Assembly: GCA_964016885.1 (NCBI GenBank)
Contig: OZ024740.1
Coordinates: 107,198,001 to 107,262,000 of the forward strand
Source of the DNA: Eledone cirrhosa
Lineage: Eukaryota
Length of the DNA stretch: 64,000 nt
Direction: 5' to 3'
Position 1 is the stretch's first letter. Each line of letters opens with the position of its first letter. The position numbers and the translations under genes are program-made. This document shows, piece after piece, positions 1-13,710 of the stretch. The notes under the pieces were generated by a model. The model ran no database searches and was not told the origin of the DNA. It worked only from the letters and a program-made list of their open reading frames with translations.

Positions 1-230
1 TTACAGTATCGATGGACTTATACGTTGTCGCTTCGCCTGGTATTTCGTTTTGAATGCTGAAATTAATGGCATTGACATCGGTGTTTTTGGCTGCTAATAT
101 AGCACGTACACTGAGCCACTGATGATTTTTGTAATGCTGCGCAATATTTGGGAACACTTTGTGAATCAGTTCGTCTCTGGTTGCCGTGATTCTACAGAAG
201 TTTGTTGGCAATGTGATACATTTTGTGGAA

Positions 231-1190
231 TCATCGATTACCATTTTCCCATTCCCAATATCCAGCAATTGTTTTGTGAAACGTACGTTCAGCGGATGCG
301 TCATTTTGTAGTTGTACACGCATATTGTTTTTTAAAGTTAATTTCTGTACGTGTCGCCATAAAACTGATGATTTGAGACATGCATGAAGCTCATCAGCGG
401 GTGTTGATCGCGGTATAACTGGTAGAGTTTGTCGAAAATCACCAGACAATAAAATGAGTGTGCCACCGAAGAGGTGTTCATTTCCTTTCAAATCTTTTAG
501 CGTATTATTAAGCGCTTCCAATGATTTTTTGTGCGCCATAGTACATTCGTCCCATATAATGATTTTACATGATTGGAGTACTTTACCTATACCAGAATTT
601 TTGGTAATATTGCATGTTGATGTCTCAGCGATTTGCATATTCAATGGCAATTTCAGGGCTGAATGTGCTATTCGGCCACCATCTAAAAGAGTTGCCGCAA
701 TTCCAGATGATGTGATTGCCAGTGCAATATTATTTTCTGATCGTATAGTTGCCAAAATAAGTGAAATGAGAAAAGTTTTGCCTGTACCACCGGGCGCATC
801 TATAAAATACAATGTGCCGCTTTGACTTATAATTGCCTGCATAATTTGGTCATATACTATGCGTTGTTCTGGTAGCAATTTGGGAAGATTCGTTTGAACA
901 AATGTACCCAATTCGGCGACATCAAAGTTTGTTTCTCGTTGCAAATCACGATCGAAAATGTCGTTTACAGATCGATTCGGCGCAGGCATTCCCAATTGTA
1001 CCAATGTTTTGTTAGCGATTGCTAAACATATGACCTCAATGGAAACCAATGCTTCATTATACACATTTTGTGTGAATTGAATATTCATATTTTGATTTGT
1101 TGCACGCAAACGATGTAGGATGTCTTCACTCATGTAGTCTTTATATTTTTCCCAATGATCTTTTGGATTTGATGGGAAGCACGTTGTCAA
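231..1190 (-). pseudogene. Helitron PIF1-family helicase fragment (frameshifted; coding remnants extend to about 1 and about 1370)
   Basis: PIF1/SF1B motifs DAPGGTGKTF, AITSSGIAATLLDGGRIAHSALKLP, IIWDECTM, GDFRQTLPVIP and LTLKNNMR. Confidence 0.9.
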
Positions 1191-1699
1191 TATTATTGAG
1201 AATAATGTGCGTATTTGCTTTGGTCGAGCAGTATTTGATGCATCAGCGAGTGAAGTGTCCCAATGTCCATCATTTTCAAGAAGATTTAATTCTTGGCAAG
1301 CTTCACGATAAGTGGCACATACTTGACCGTTTACTGTTCTAAATTCTTGGAATGATGTCGGTCCACGTATGTGTCCAGGTCAGGAAAATAAGGACAGACG
1401 AAATGAAGATATCAAATTACAGCACTTAGTTAAGGGCTAGCTGAAAAAGAATTCCCTGTAATGGGAGTGGAAGGGAAGTAATGTGAAACAGACACTATAC
1501 TAATTCTATTGAAATTATATTAAATTAAAGAGAGAATTTACTAATTCTTGAAATTATATTAAATTAAAGAGAGAATACTAATTCTATTGAAATTATCTTT
1601 AATTAAAAAAATTTCACACTCGCTCTTTCACTCACTCTTTGTCTATACGTTGATTTCTCTTTCTCCGTTTATAGCACTCTCTCTTTGTCTATACGTTAC

Positions 1700-2090
1700 T
1701 CTTTCACTCTCTCTTTGTCTATACGTTGATTTCTCTTTCTCCGTTTATAACTTTAGAGACAGTCTAATATAGGGAGTGGTTCAAAGCAGCCAGACTACTC
1801 GCTCTTTCACTCGTTGCTCTTTCACTCTCTCTTTGTCTATACGTTGATTTCTCTTTCTCCGTTTATAACTTTAGAGACAGTCTAATATAGGGAGTGGTTC
1901 AAAGCAGCCAGACTACTCGCTCTTTCACTCGTTGCTCTTTCACTCTCTCTTTGTCTATACGTTGATTTCTCTTTCTCCGTTTATAACTTTAGAGACAGTC
2001 TAATATAGAGAGTGGTTCAAAGCAGCCAGACTACTCGCTCTTTCACTCTCTGTTTGAATATACGTTGATTTCTCTTTCTCCGTTTATATC
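1700..2090. repeat. 118-bp tandem repeat (about 3.3 copies) in the Helitron 5' subterminal region
   Basis: AG(G/A)GAGTGGTTCAAAGCAGCCAGACTACTCGC recurs at 1771, 1889 and 2007. Confidence 0.9.
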
Positions 2091-2249
2091 TTTGGACAAA
2101 CAAACAAACATACATTCATTTTTATATATATAGATAATATATATATAATATATATATAATATATATCACGATAAATTAACGGAGGCATAGGCCGTCGTTA
2201 TTCCCTGTAAATAATGTGCTCAAAGGGGAAGAGATCCTGAGCCCTTTAG

Positions 2250-2706
2250 AATATAATATGTTGAGAAGGTAACACACCAGAGAGAGATATATAGTGCGTT
2301 ATCAATAATACAGGGAAAAAAACCACCAGTGTATGGAATCTATAACCTATGAAAGGCAGACTATAGACACGATAATTAAAAATATAAATTAAAGTGTAAA
2401 TAAATACCTTTATAACTATATAACACACGTACAAATCCTGTGACTTCTCTCTCCCACGTGTAGCTGGACAGTCAATTGTAAAATTCTCTTAGTGTTGTCT
2501 GAAATGTATGGCCTTACACACGCTGATGAACCGAGACTAGACCATTTCTTTCAACAAATTTTTTGGTGAAACATATTTTTAATTATCGTGTCTATAGTCT
2601 GCCTTTCATAGGTTATAGATTCCATACACTGGTGGTTTTTTCCCTGTATTATTGATAACGCACTATATATCTCTCTCTGGTGTGTTACCTTCTCAACATA
2701 TTATAT
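2250..2706. mobile_element. PLE-derived non-autonomous module with about 135-bp inverted termini and a degenerate HHR
   Basis: About 2250-2385 is the reverse complement of about 2572-2706. The plus strand reads ACACG-CTGATGA-ACCGAGA...TTTTGGT-GAAA...CGTGT (2518-2591), but the cleavage triplet is non-canonical. The right end abuts (TA)n. Confidence 0.6.
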
Positions 2707-3266
<560 letters not shown>

Positions 3267-3335
3267 TGTAGGAGGTGAGTTTTATTGTAGCACAATAAAG
3301 CAATGCAAATATCGGATAAGTTTATTGGAATGGAG

Positions 3336-3566
3336 TATATATAAGAAGAAATTAAAAGATGGTTAAAAAAGTTCCATGTATTTTATTATGCGCATTTCAA
3401 AAACAAATATCATCCAGGGACGATATTTGCGTTCTCATCAGATAAAATAGGGAGACATGATATGAAGCTTAAAAATCGCAAATATCGTCCCTGGATGATA
3501 TTTATTTTTGAAATGCGCATAATAAAATACATGGAACTTTTTAAACCATCTTTTAACTTCTTATAT
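3336..3566. repeat. Inverted repeat with about 95-bp arms carrying an HHR (PLE pseudo-LTR-like)
   Basis: TATATAAGAAG...GATATTTGCG (about 3336-3431) mirrors CGCAAATATC...CTTCTTATATA (about 3477-3566) around a spacer of about 45 bp. Confidence 0.85.
3379..3449 (-). ncRNA. Type I hammerhead ribozyme
   Basis: Minus strand: TATTTTAT-CTGATGA-[GAAC GCAAATATC...GATATTTGT TTTT]-GAAA-TGCGCA-TA-ATAAAATA. It has an 8-bp stem I, a paired stem II, a palindromic stem III (ATGCGCAT) and an AUA cleavage triplet. Confidence 0.8.
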
Positions 3567-3590
3567 ATATATAATACATATATATAATAT

Positions 3591-3647
<57 letters not shown>

Positions 3648-3974
3648 ATATATATATATTATTATTTAATATATATATATAATATATCATAACTTATGTC
3701 CATAGAATCATTTGATAAAATATGTACACTATTTCCTCTCCCAATTAGCATAATTAACCACATAAAAAATAAATTAGACCGGGCCTTAAGAATAAAGGCT
3801 CCTATGAAGAAATATTTGATAAATAAACTACAGCAGACTCTTCGCGGCCGACCGCAACAGAATATTTACCCAACATTTCAACTGCATGTAGAAACTGATC
3901 AAATATACCGTCAACCATACACAATTAGGTATAAATTTAAAGTTAGAAGATATGAGTACACTCTTACCGTGATT

Positions 3975-4056
3975 ATGTCCCTACTCTCGGTTTCGTTCGC
4001 GTTTTGAGATATCCTATTAAGGATAAATCTCGAGTATCGAACTCATCAGGAGACAT
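3975..4056 (-). ncRNA. Type I hammerhead ribozyme with extended stem II
   Basis: Minus strand: ATGTCTC-CTGATGA-GTTCG...GAGAT..ATCC..GGAT ATCTC...CGAAC-GAAA-C CGAGA G-TA-GGGACAT. It has a GUA triplet and a 7-bp stem I with one G-U pair. Confidence 0.8.
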
Positions 4057-4248
4057 CTCATAGGACAGTTAATTTTCCAAAGCGATCCCCGCCAGAAATA
4101 GATTCAAAAATGGCTAAGAATCGTGACGTGGCAGTGGTCAAGTTAGAAAGAATGTGATTAGTTGCTTACGGCGAGTGGGATGGTTGCTAGAAAGCGCAGC
4201 CCAATATTGCCCAAATTGCATCTCAACCTACTGGGAGATTATTAAATA

Positions 4249-4353
4249 TAAAGATTTACATATACACAAAGTAATAGATATATATGTGGCAACCATTCAC
4301 ATCGTGAATGGTTGCCACATATATATCTATGACTTTGTGTATATGTAAATCTT

Positions 4354-4358
<5 letters not shown>
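4249..4358. repeat. Near-perfect hairpin with about 53-bp arms and a 3-nt loop, abutting (TA)n
   Basis: ATAAAGATTTACATATACACAAAGT...GGCAACCATTCAC-ATC-GTGAATGGTTGCC...ACTTTGTGTATATGTAAATCTTTAT. Confidence 0.9.
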
Positions 4359-5217
<859 letters not shown>

Positions 5218-5249
5218 ATATATATATATATATAATATATATATATATA

Positions 5250-5371
<122 letters not shown>

Positions 5372-5615
5372 ACACAAATTTATATACATATATGAGCGAA
5401 TGCGTGTGTATGTGTGTTCATGCCTGTAAGTGAATGTGTGTGTTGTTATTTTTCTGAGATCCTGCAAACACACAATAACTAAATTTCATTGGACAGTCGA
5501 AATATTTATTTATAAATTGCTTCATGACTTAAATGAACTGACCGACCTTTCGGTGAAACAACATGTGACCTGTAAATGTGTGTCAGGGAAGTGAGCAAAT
5601 AGTTCATTCATACTT

Positions 5616-5809
5616 TACGAGGTTCGGCTGAAAAGTTCATAGGCTGACCAAGATACTCTCATGGAATAACCAAATGAGGTTTATTTTTCAACATAGTCCC
5701 TAGAAAGAAATAATGCAGTTATTAATAAGAAGAGTTGAAATAAATGCATGCAAGATTTCACAGTTCTAACATCACTCCTTCATATTCAGCTTTTCCTCCG
5801 ACTCTCGTA
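5616..5809. mobile_element. Tc1/mariner-type MITE, copy 1 (about 195 bp)
   Basis: TACGAGGTTCGGCTGAAAAGTTCAT...CTTTTCCTCCGACTCTCGTA with TA ends. The same sequence occurs at 6196 and 46558. Confidence 0.7.
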
Positions 5810-6195
5810 ACTTGTTCTCATGTTTGTAATTTATTTTCTGTTTGGCAGACCTTATATTTTTTCAGCGCCTTAATTACACTGGTAGAATCGTTAAATTGTT
5901 AGATTAATTGCCTCGGTGTTTAGTCTGGGTCCTTGCACTCCGAGTTCAATTCCCGCCAAAGTCAATTTTGCCTTTTATCTTTTCAGGATCGATAAATAAA
6001 GAACTAATCAAGTCGGTGGATTAACGAAATCGTTAAATAGCTGGGCGGAATGCATTGCGGCATATATTCCTGCTGCCTTCGTCCCGAGTTCAAATCCTGC
6101 ATCCTGTCACCGGTGAAGTGTTGATATATCTGCCAGGAGTTAAAACTGGCAGACAGTGTACACCTTTCTCCAGCAGGATGGCCTTTTGTGGGAAG

Positions 6196-6397
6196 TACGA
6201 GCTTCGGTTGAAAAGTTCATAGGCTGACCAAGATACTCTCATGGAATGACAAAATGAGGTTTATTTTTCAACATAGTCCCTGGAAAAAAAACAATACAGT
6301 TATTAATAAGAAGAGTTAAAATCAATGCATGTAAGATTTCACAGCTCTAGCATCACTCCCTCATAATCAGCTAATGAACTTTTCAGCCGACCCTCAT
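6196..6397. mobile_element. Tc1/mariner-type MITE, copy 2
   Basis: TACGAGCTTCGGTTGAAAAGTTCAT...ATGAACTTTTCAGCCGACCCTC. Confidence 0.7.
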
Positions 6398-6794
6398 TAT
6401 TGGCCTTTCAGAAAAGCGATCATGAACATTTTCAAATAAAATATGTTCGTAGCGGTTCATACTCTGCTATAAACAGAAATAACGATTAGAAAAATTGTCT
6501 GCAACATACTATCAGTAAACCCGTCTCCTCCTCCTCCTTCTTTTACTTTATTCAATCATGCTTCTTCCACAGTTGTCTCCAAGCGGTGCCCTTCCTCTTA
6601 ACTAGGTGCGACGCGAAAATAATTTGATTGTTTCTAATTTAAGCAGAAGGTCAGTGATTTTATGGGACATGACTATCGAATATGTCGATCCCAGTATTTG
6701 ATTGTAACTTTATTTGATCAACCCTGGAAGGATGAAATATAAAGTTGGCCTCAGAGTTAAAATTAGACCAAAAAAAATAGAATACACAACAAAT

Positions 6795-7003
6795 CCCTCA
6801 ATTTTACATATCAAAGTTAGGCACAACTGATTGGAACTGAAAAGTTATACATACAAGTATTAAATTCAAAAATTCTAACCATCCTCAACTAAAAAGCCCA
6901 GCTGAGGAAACAAATAAATTGGTAGGGGTGTCGCTGGTGGGGACCCCACTGCAGGGGACCCGGGGAAATTGCCTCCTTTGCCACCCCCATTAAATCCGGC
7001 CCT
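6795..7003. mobile_element. hAT-like MITE terminus (homologous to 29090-29279)
   Basis: Ends in TAAATCCGGCCCTG (reverse complement CAGGGCCGGATTTA) and shares about 200 bp with 29090-29279. Confidence 0.55.
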
Positions 7004-7268
7004 GGTTGGCCTCGGTAGGATGTTGAAATCAGAATGTAAAGAACTGGAATAAATACCTGAAGACATTTTTGTTTTTATTGTTTTTTTTTTTGTTTTGTTT
7101 TTTTTTGTTTTTTCGTTTTTCAACGCTCTGACGATTCTGCCACTCCGCCACCACCTTATGAGCAAAAAAAAATAATGAAATTATATTTTTTTAAATATGT
7201 GAAAAGTAAAAACTGAAATTCTTAATGTAAGGAATTTTCATCACTCATTAACATTAAATGCAGAGTTG

Positions 7269-7269
<1 letters not shown>

Positions 7270-7344
<75 letters not shown>

Positions 7345-7520
7345 TGGGGAGACAGACAGACAGACAGAGAAAGAGAGTGTGTGAGAGAGAGAGAAAGGGA
7401 GTGAGAAATAAAAAATGAGAGAAAGAGAGAGAAAAGAGATAGACAGAGAGAGAACGAAAAAGAGTGTGTGAGGGAGAGAGGGGGAGAAATGGAGAGGATG
7501 TGAGAAAGAGAGAGAAAGAC
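7270..7520. repeat. (GA)n microsatellite and GA-rich tract
   Basis: Read directly from the sequence. Confidence 0.95.
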
Positions 7521-7671
7521 TTAATTGCATTAAAGATTAAATGAAATATTTAATAAGAAAAACCATTAAAATATTTTTATGATTAATTTATTAATTATTT
7601 AATTTTAATTTAGTATGATTACAGAAAGTGAAAATGCACTATAGTAGTATTTTTATTATAGAACACTTATA

Positions 7672-8422
7672 GGGCGGGGAACTGGTATCGATGGAGAGTT
7701 GGACAAAATGCCTTCCGGTATTTAGTTACGACTGAATTCAAATCCCGCCGAAGTCAACGTTGCTTTTCATCCTTCGGATATACTGGTTCGATATAATCGA
7801 CATCCCCCCACCCAGCCAAAAACAATTGCTGGCCTTGTGCCAAAAATAGAAATCATTAAGGGCAATGGATTGTCATTATCGTTAGAGCGTCTGACAAAAT
7901 GCTCTGCAGTAATGAGTTATGACTTTCTACGTTTTGAGTTCAAATTTCACCGAGGTCAACTTTGCCTTTCATCCTTCCGAGATCGGTAAAATAAAATAGC
8001 AGTTAAGTACTGATGTCGAGATAATAGACTGTCCATTCCCCAAAATTGCTGGCCTTGTGCCAAATGTTAGAAAAATTATTGAATAATTATTAAGTTCATT
8101 GTTTTGCAAGAAAAGTTCAAATCGCGCCGGGGTTAGCTTTGCATCTTATCCTTATGGGTGTTGATAAAATAAAGCAACAATCGATTTAATTGACTCCCCC
8201 TCCCCATCCTCATAAAAAATTGTTGGCTTTGGGCCTAAGTGGATTGGCAGTATCGGTAGGGGGTTGGACGCCATGCTTTGACGCATTGAGTTATGGCCCT
8301 TGCCATTCTCAGTTCAAATCCCGCCGAGGTTAACTTTGCCTTTCATCCTTACGGGGTCGATAAAATAAAGTACCAGTAATGTACTGGTTAATTTCTGGCC
8401 TTGTGCCAAAAGTAGAAACAAT
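7672..8422 (+). mobile_element. Head-to-tail cluster of four tRNA-derived SINEs (family A)
   Basis: The sequence GAGTTCAAATCCCGCCGAGGT.AACTTTGCCTTTCATCCT...GGCCTTGTGCC.AAA.TAGAAA repeats at about 7672-7855, 7859-8075, 8115-8240 and 8240-8422. Degenerate copies also lie at about 5870-6010 (+) and 6620-6755 (-). Confidence 0.8.
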
Positions 8423-9283
8423 TATTTTGCTAGAAAAATGTTTTGTAGACGAATTGAAACGTTTACAGTAATATATACGTTGAAGACATTTTCTTTGTTC
8501 CAGTTGCAGCCATATGTCAATGTGTTATATATTAGGTTCTTTGTATTCTTTTTTTTTTTTTCTCCTCAAATAAATAAACAGCGAATACATCGATCATAAC
8601 AAAACAAACTGCGATTTTACAGTTGAATTTTATTTTGAATTATTTTTACTACAAAATTACAAAATATTAAATTGATTCTCAAGCCTATCGTCGATCTATC
8701 AAAATAAAAGGGGGTTTATTATACTTTTCACTTTATTTGGGAGTGGGAGTTTTGTCCTTGATGGAATGGGTTTTTCTGGATCTCGAATGTTTATATAGAA
8801 ACATTTAATCTACCACACTGTTCATTTATTTATCGTATTGATATAAAAATAAAGTTAAAATCTCTCTTGAACCTAAACATTTATCAGCCTGGAACTTATC
8901 TTGCAGGGTTAATTCTCAGCTGTTCCTGCGGCTGCTGCTACTTGTACTTTTTTAACTGTGTGAATTGAAACGATATAAAAGTATCTTGCACGACGCTTTG
9001 CCCAGACCAGTAATAGGGCTCAAGTGAAACGGGGAACAAAAGCAATTTGTGATAAACCATAACCAAAATAATTATAGTAATTTCGTTTTAAAGAATTTAT
9101 TTTCAAAACAATTTAAATTTTAATCCCAACGTTATCTTAATTTGAGTTATTTTAAATCTCACCATCCTTAGCCACACACATTTTTAACCTTTGCAAAGGA
9201 CTTCTATTACACTTGGCTTTCCTTTACTAACCTTCTCTCTCTTCTCACTCTCACTTTCTCTCTCTTCATATGTATGTATGTAT

Positions 9284-10629
9284 TATCTCTTTCTCTTAAT
9301 TTCGAGTATATTTTTTTGACCGGTCACCGTCCTGGTGGCAAGGTTGTAAAAGAAAAGAAATTGTCATCCCTTGAAGCGCAAGAATGTTTTGGAAATTTTG
9401 AAGGTGCCAGCTATCGCAGCCATTTGTAGACTATGAATTAGGGAGCTGCGCGTTTTGTCCGCAAATCCAAGTTCAGTCATACTTTGGTCCAAGCGGGTTG
9501 GTATATAACCCGTAGCTCCAATAATGATGGGTATGAAGCTAAAGGTGTATCTTGGATACTGGATTTGTAAACTCCTCATCAATGGTCCGTAGATGTCCTC
9601 CTTCTCCTGTATTTTTCTGACAACGTTTATATCAAGTGGGCAGCTGATCTCCACAACAGAACACGTTTTCAATGTGGTCCCAAACAACAATATTAGGACG
9701 GTTGTGCTTTAATTTGGTGGCAGTTTTTATTTTCAGGTTCCACCAGTATTCCTTAGTGCCATCTGTCTCAATATATTCTTCCTCGTTTGTTGTTAATTTT
9801 GTTTTCCGAAGTGCGTTCCAGATGGTTCTAGCTATCCCATCGTGTCTCGTGGGGAGGTAGTAGCGAGATGACATTCTTTCGCAGCTGGCAACAATGTGGC
9901 TTACATCCTCGATCTTTGTTTTACATAGCCTACATTTATTGTCAGCTGCTGGCCCTCCCCTTTTGTGCAGCAGATATTTGGTAGGGAGTTCTTGTTCCTG
10001 TATTGCATAGAGATATCCCTCAAGGTGTGATGTCATAAACTTGTCGGAACTCCATGCCAGGCTTTTTGAGTGGTTTATCCCCTCTATGGTCTGTGTTTTA
10101 CGTCTCAAGTATCCATGCACAACTTTTTCTGTAAATTGGTCAATTTTTTCATCTTGTTTGAACATTGAATAGGATCTTTCGATTTCTCTGGGTGAGAGAT
10201 TTATATCAGGCTTTATTCCATATCTCTCCTCCAGATCACTGGCTATTCTAATGATTTTTTTTTCATGCTCATAAACCTGGGCAAGATGGTTGCCAACCTT
10301 TTTCCTCTGTTGAAGGTGTTGCTTCAGTGTTACTATCCGGGTCTCATATGTTGTTAATATGGATTTTAGACCCCGGCCACCTTCCTTGCGTGAGAAGTAT
10401 AGCCTATCCACATCACCATTGATGTTAAAGTTCCCAGTAACACTGAGAAGTTTGCGAGTTCTAACATCCATCTCACTTAGTTCTTGCAATGACCAGTTCA
10501 GCAGGCCAAATGTTGGCGTTAGAATTGGCACAGCATAAGTATTGTGGGCAAGGTATTTGTTGTACGCTGACAGTTCTGATGACCATATTTTCTTTACTCT
10601 TCTGAGGTATTCAGTTCTGGTTCTCTCCG
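9284..10629 (-). mobile_element. R4/Dong-clade non-LTR retrotransposon, 5'-truncated (RT C-terminus, CCHC finger, restriction-like endonuclease)
   Basis: ORFs 9632-10531 and 9364-9690 contain DVRTRKLL...RLYFSRKEGGRGL, CRLC...HIVASC, RHDGIA and NRPNIVVWD...VEISCP...K..Y. (TATG)n lies on both sides. Confidence 0.85.
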
Positions 10630-10699
10630 TATGTATGTATGTATGTATGTATGTATGTATGTATGTATGTATGTATGTATGTATGTATGTATGTATGCA

Positions 10700-10794
<95 letters not shown>

Positions 10795-11189
10795 TGAGTT
10801 AATCATTTCTATTCCTGCAAGATTACTAGAGGTAGTGTTGACACCATAAAACTTTACTAGAAGCTTCGCAATTTCAAGTTTAAATTCTAATATTTGTCAA
10901 ACTAAATGTCAACATACGTATTAGATTTTATTAGTCACTCTCATAATGTTAGCAAAATACCAAAGGGCTTCCAAACATCTCCGAATAGATCCAATATTAA
11001 TGTATTTGTCTGATTGAGAGAGAATCTTGACAGGTTAGTAGGTCAACCAAGCTTTAATAATATTCCTGGAAATGTGCTATTTATTCCTGGTAATCATGTG
11101 ATCTGGGGATTTAGCGTTCAACGTATTTCCCCAAAGAGGAAAGTGTCTTTCTATTGCAAGTGTCTTTCTATTGCATTGGGTTCGACCCA

Positions 11190-13015
11190 AGTCTAGTGAA
11201 AGGAATGTGCCGGGGTTTGTGGCCGAAGCGACTAAGTTGGAGGCGGAGAACGTGTCGCAGCAGGTGGCGTCCCAGGTGAGGGATCTACCTCCTTCGAATA
11301 GAAAGAGGGTGATTCTGAGGGGCGCTTGCCATCTCCGCGGTCTAGGCCTGATGGCTCCAGTTGAGATGGAAAGCCAGCTGCATCCAGGCTTCTTTTCATA
11401 TGTCGTTGAGAGCGGCGTGTCGGGGGAACTGGCCTGCGTTCTGGCGGCAAGACAGAGGGTGCAGGCCGAACTTGTCAACAACTGCCCCGCAGCGGCATTT
11501 ATGTGGCTCACACACGCGGAGCCCAAGGCGTTGGGCTACTCCGATGCGAGTGCGCTCATCATCAAGAAGGGTACCGGTTAATGAGGAGGGCACCGAATTG
11601 AGCCACGTTGGGCTGAGAAGCGGAGCGGAGCGGAGGCAGGCGAGACAGTGCTGGTCCAAACCAGTTTCGATCCACCTGACAGAAGACCTGCAATTGATGT
11701 CGTACCAGTTACGTTGGACAGTAATATAGTGGGAGATAGAGAGGCCTTCACCTATCCAGTAGACCAGAGCCTGCTCCATTCACGGGCCAGGTCGTGTTCG
11801 GCCGTCTGGCTGAGAAACTCGTTGACGAGGAGGAGATAGAGGAGAGGTAGGTAGGTAAAGCTAGGTCCGAAGCTGATCGGAGGCCGAGTTAACCGAACCT
11901 CGCTGTGAGTGTCACCTGTTGTCAGCCTGCGCTGTCGAAACTGACATTGCAGATGAGTTACGCACAGCGTCGAATCGAATGGTGGCGTCAAGTTCCCCGA
12001 GAAGATCTGAATAGGCACCGCACAGCGCGAATGTGAGTTTGAGGAGGGCGAAACAGCTCCTCGAGAGGAAGAGCGCGGGATGAGCGTCAATGAGGCACAG
12101 CCTCTCTGCTAATCGGGACAAATCCGCGTGCTTGGTCTCCAGGCATTCTCTTATGGTTTTCGAGAGAATGGGGGAGCCGAGAATGCATGCAGCATCCTTG
12201 GGTGTCAGCCGAGCCCCGGCCAGGAAGGGATGAGAGCAGAGTACGGCGTTGCGGAATTCGGCCTCTCTGTAGCTGATGTTGGTCACCTCAGACTTGGTTA
12301 GGTTGATCTCAAGTCCAGGAGCTTTAGAGATGAGAGGATTTGTCGAAGGTCCTCAACTACCATTTCAGCCGGGCCGCCTAGGGTCGCGATGTCGAGGGGT
12401 GACCGTCGTCGAGACGTTGAGGGGTGACCGGACCGACCGGGCTACCTCGTCGACTGCCAGTGCGAATAGAAACGAGCAAAATGGGTCCCCTTGCTGGACA
12501 CCTGTGGACGAAGTAACCCTGTTGTCGGCGAAAGGTGAACGAGGAGGTAGATGGAGGGGGTTCGTCTGAGACATGTCTCTAGTACGTGATCCCGTCTAAT
12601 GCTGTTGAAGGCGTTAGTCATGTTTAGCTTTACGAAGAGGTGGGGTGACGAGGGAGGTGCGTACCTATGACGTGTCTGGCCGCATGAGCTGCGGCCTCAC
12701 ACCCGCACTTGATTCCCACTCCGAGCTGACAGGGTTTAGCACCTCGCTCAGGTTGTCTTTGCCTGACTTGCAAGCTATTTTGGCTACAAATCGTCGGAAG
12801 ATGTTACCCACCGCGATGGGGCGACGCCTCCGTCATTCTTCCTCAGGGTGGACAAGTTGGCTCAGAAGAAAAGATCACAGGATTGGTTGGAAAGGTTAGC
12901 GCGGAGGAGACAGTTGGTGAGGGCTGTTAATGACTGGAGCAGTCGAGCCTCTACTTCCGCTGCGTGAGACGAGATGAGGTCTCGGAGGTGACCGGGTTGC
13001 AAGCCGTCTACACCA
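11190..13015 (-). mobile_element. CRE-clade non-LTR retrotransposon, degenerate copy 1
   Basis: Fragments RPIAVGNIFRR, NMTNAFNSI, GVQQGDPFCSFLFALA, CRCG...HPLSC...RHAALND, DGKRP and LTWDATCCDT, with multiple frameshifts. Confidence 0.8.
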
Positions 13016-13464
13016 CCCTAATGAAATATAAACCGTTGTTTTGTTTTGTTTTATTTCACTCTCATTCTTCTTCGTTTCTTCGTTTCTAACTTACATTGTA
13101 CTGGCTTTCCCAATACAATTTTAAACGCATATCTCACAATGTGTCATATAATCTATATGACAATAAATAGTTTCACAGTAAATAATATAATATAATAAGA
13201 TAATAAAACATTCCCTAGGGTCAGTCTGTGTGGGTGCTTCTTTTTCTTTTCCTTTTTTTTTTCTACTGAAGAAATTATAAAACAATTGTAATTTCCCTGT
13301 GGGTTTTTTATTACACTGAAAATAAACTAGAAAATTAGGTTGTGTGGGCTGCTGCTGCTGTTGCTATTCTTGTTGGTGGTAAGTAGTGATGATCTTATGT
13401 TACTGTTGCTGGGATTTACTTAGGTTATATACATACATTGTATATATATATATATATATATAAA

Positions 13465-13710
13465 ATTGTTTCTACTTTTGGCACAAGGCCAGCAATTACC
13501 CAGTGCATTACTGGTACTTTATTTTATCGACCCCCGTAAGGATGAAAGCAAAATTAACCTCGGCGGGATTTGAACTCAGTCCGTAAAGGGACGTAACTAA
13601 TGAGTTCAAATCCCGCCAAGGTTAACTTTACCTTACGGGGTCGATAAAATAAAGCACCAGTAATGCACTAGGTAATTGATGACCTTGTGCCAAAAATTAG
13701 AAACAATTAT
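13465..13710. mobile_element. Head-to-head pair of 5'-truncated family A SINEs forming a hairpin
   Basis: A minus copy at about 13465-13598 and a plus copy at about 13601-13710. Both 3' tails run into (TA)n. Confidence 0.85.

Larger units (their letters stand above)
1..2134 (-). mobile_element. Helitron, internally deleted; 5' end at 2134, continues beyond window start
   Basis: The minus strand begins A^TCTATATATATAAAAATGAATGTATG at 2134 (Helitron TC 5' end after an A). Subterminal tandem repeats follow. At about 1370-1240 the sequence reads GPTSFQEFRTVNGQVCATYREACQELNLLENDGHWD, the Helitron Rep-Hel linker, and then a PIF1 helicase. Confidence 0.85.

Noticed and set aside
231-1190. Host PIF1 gene
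   Set aside because: It is intronless, frameshifted and has a Helitron linker and terminus.
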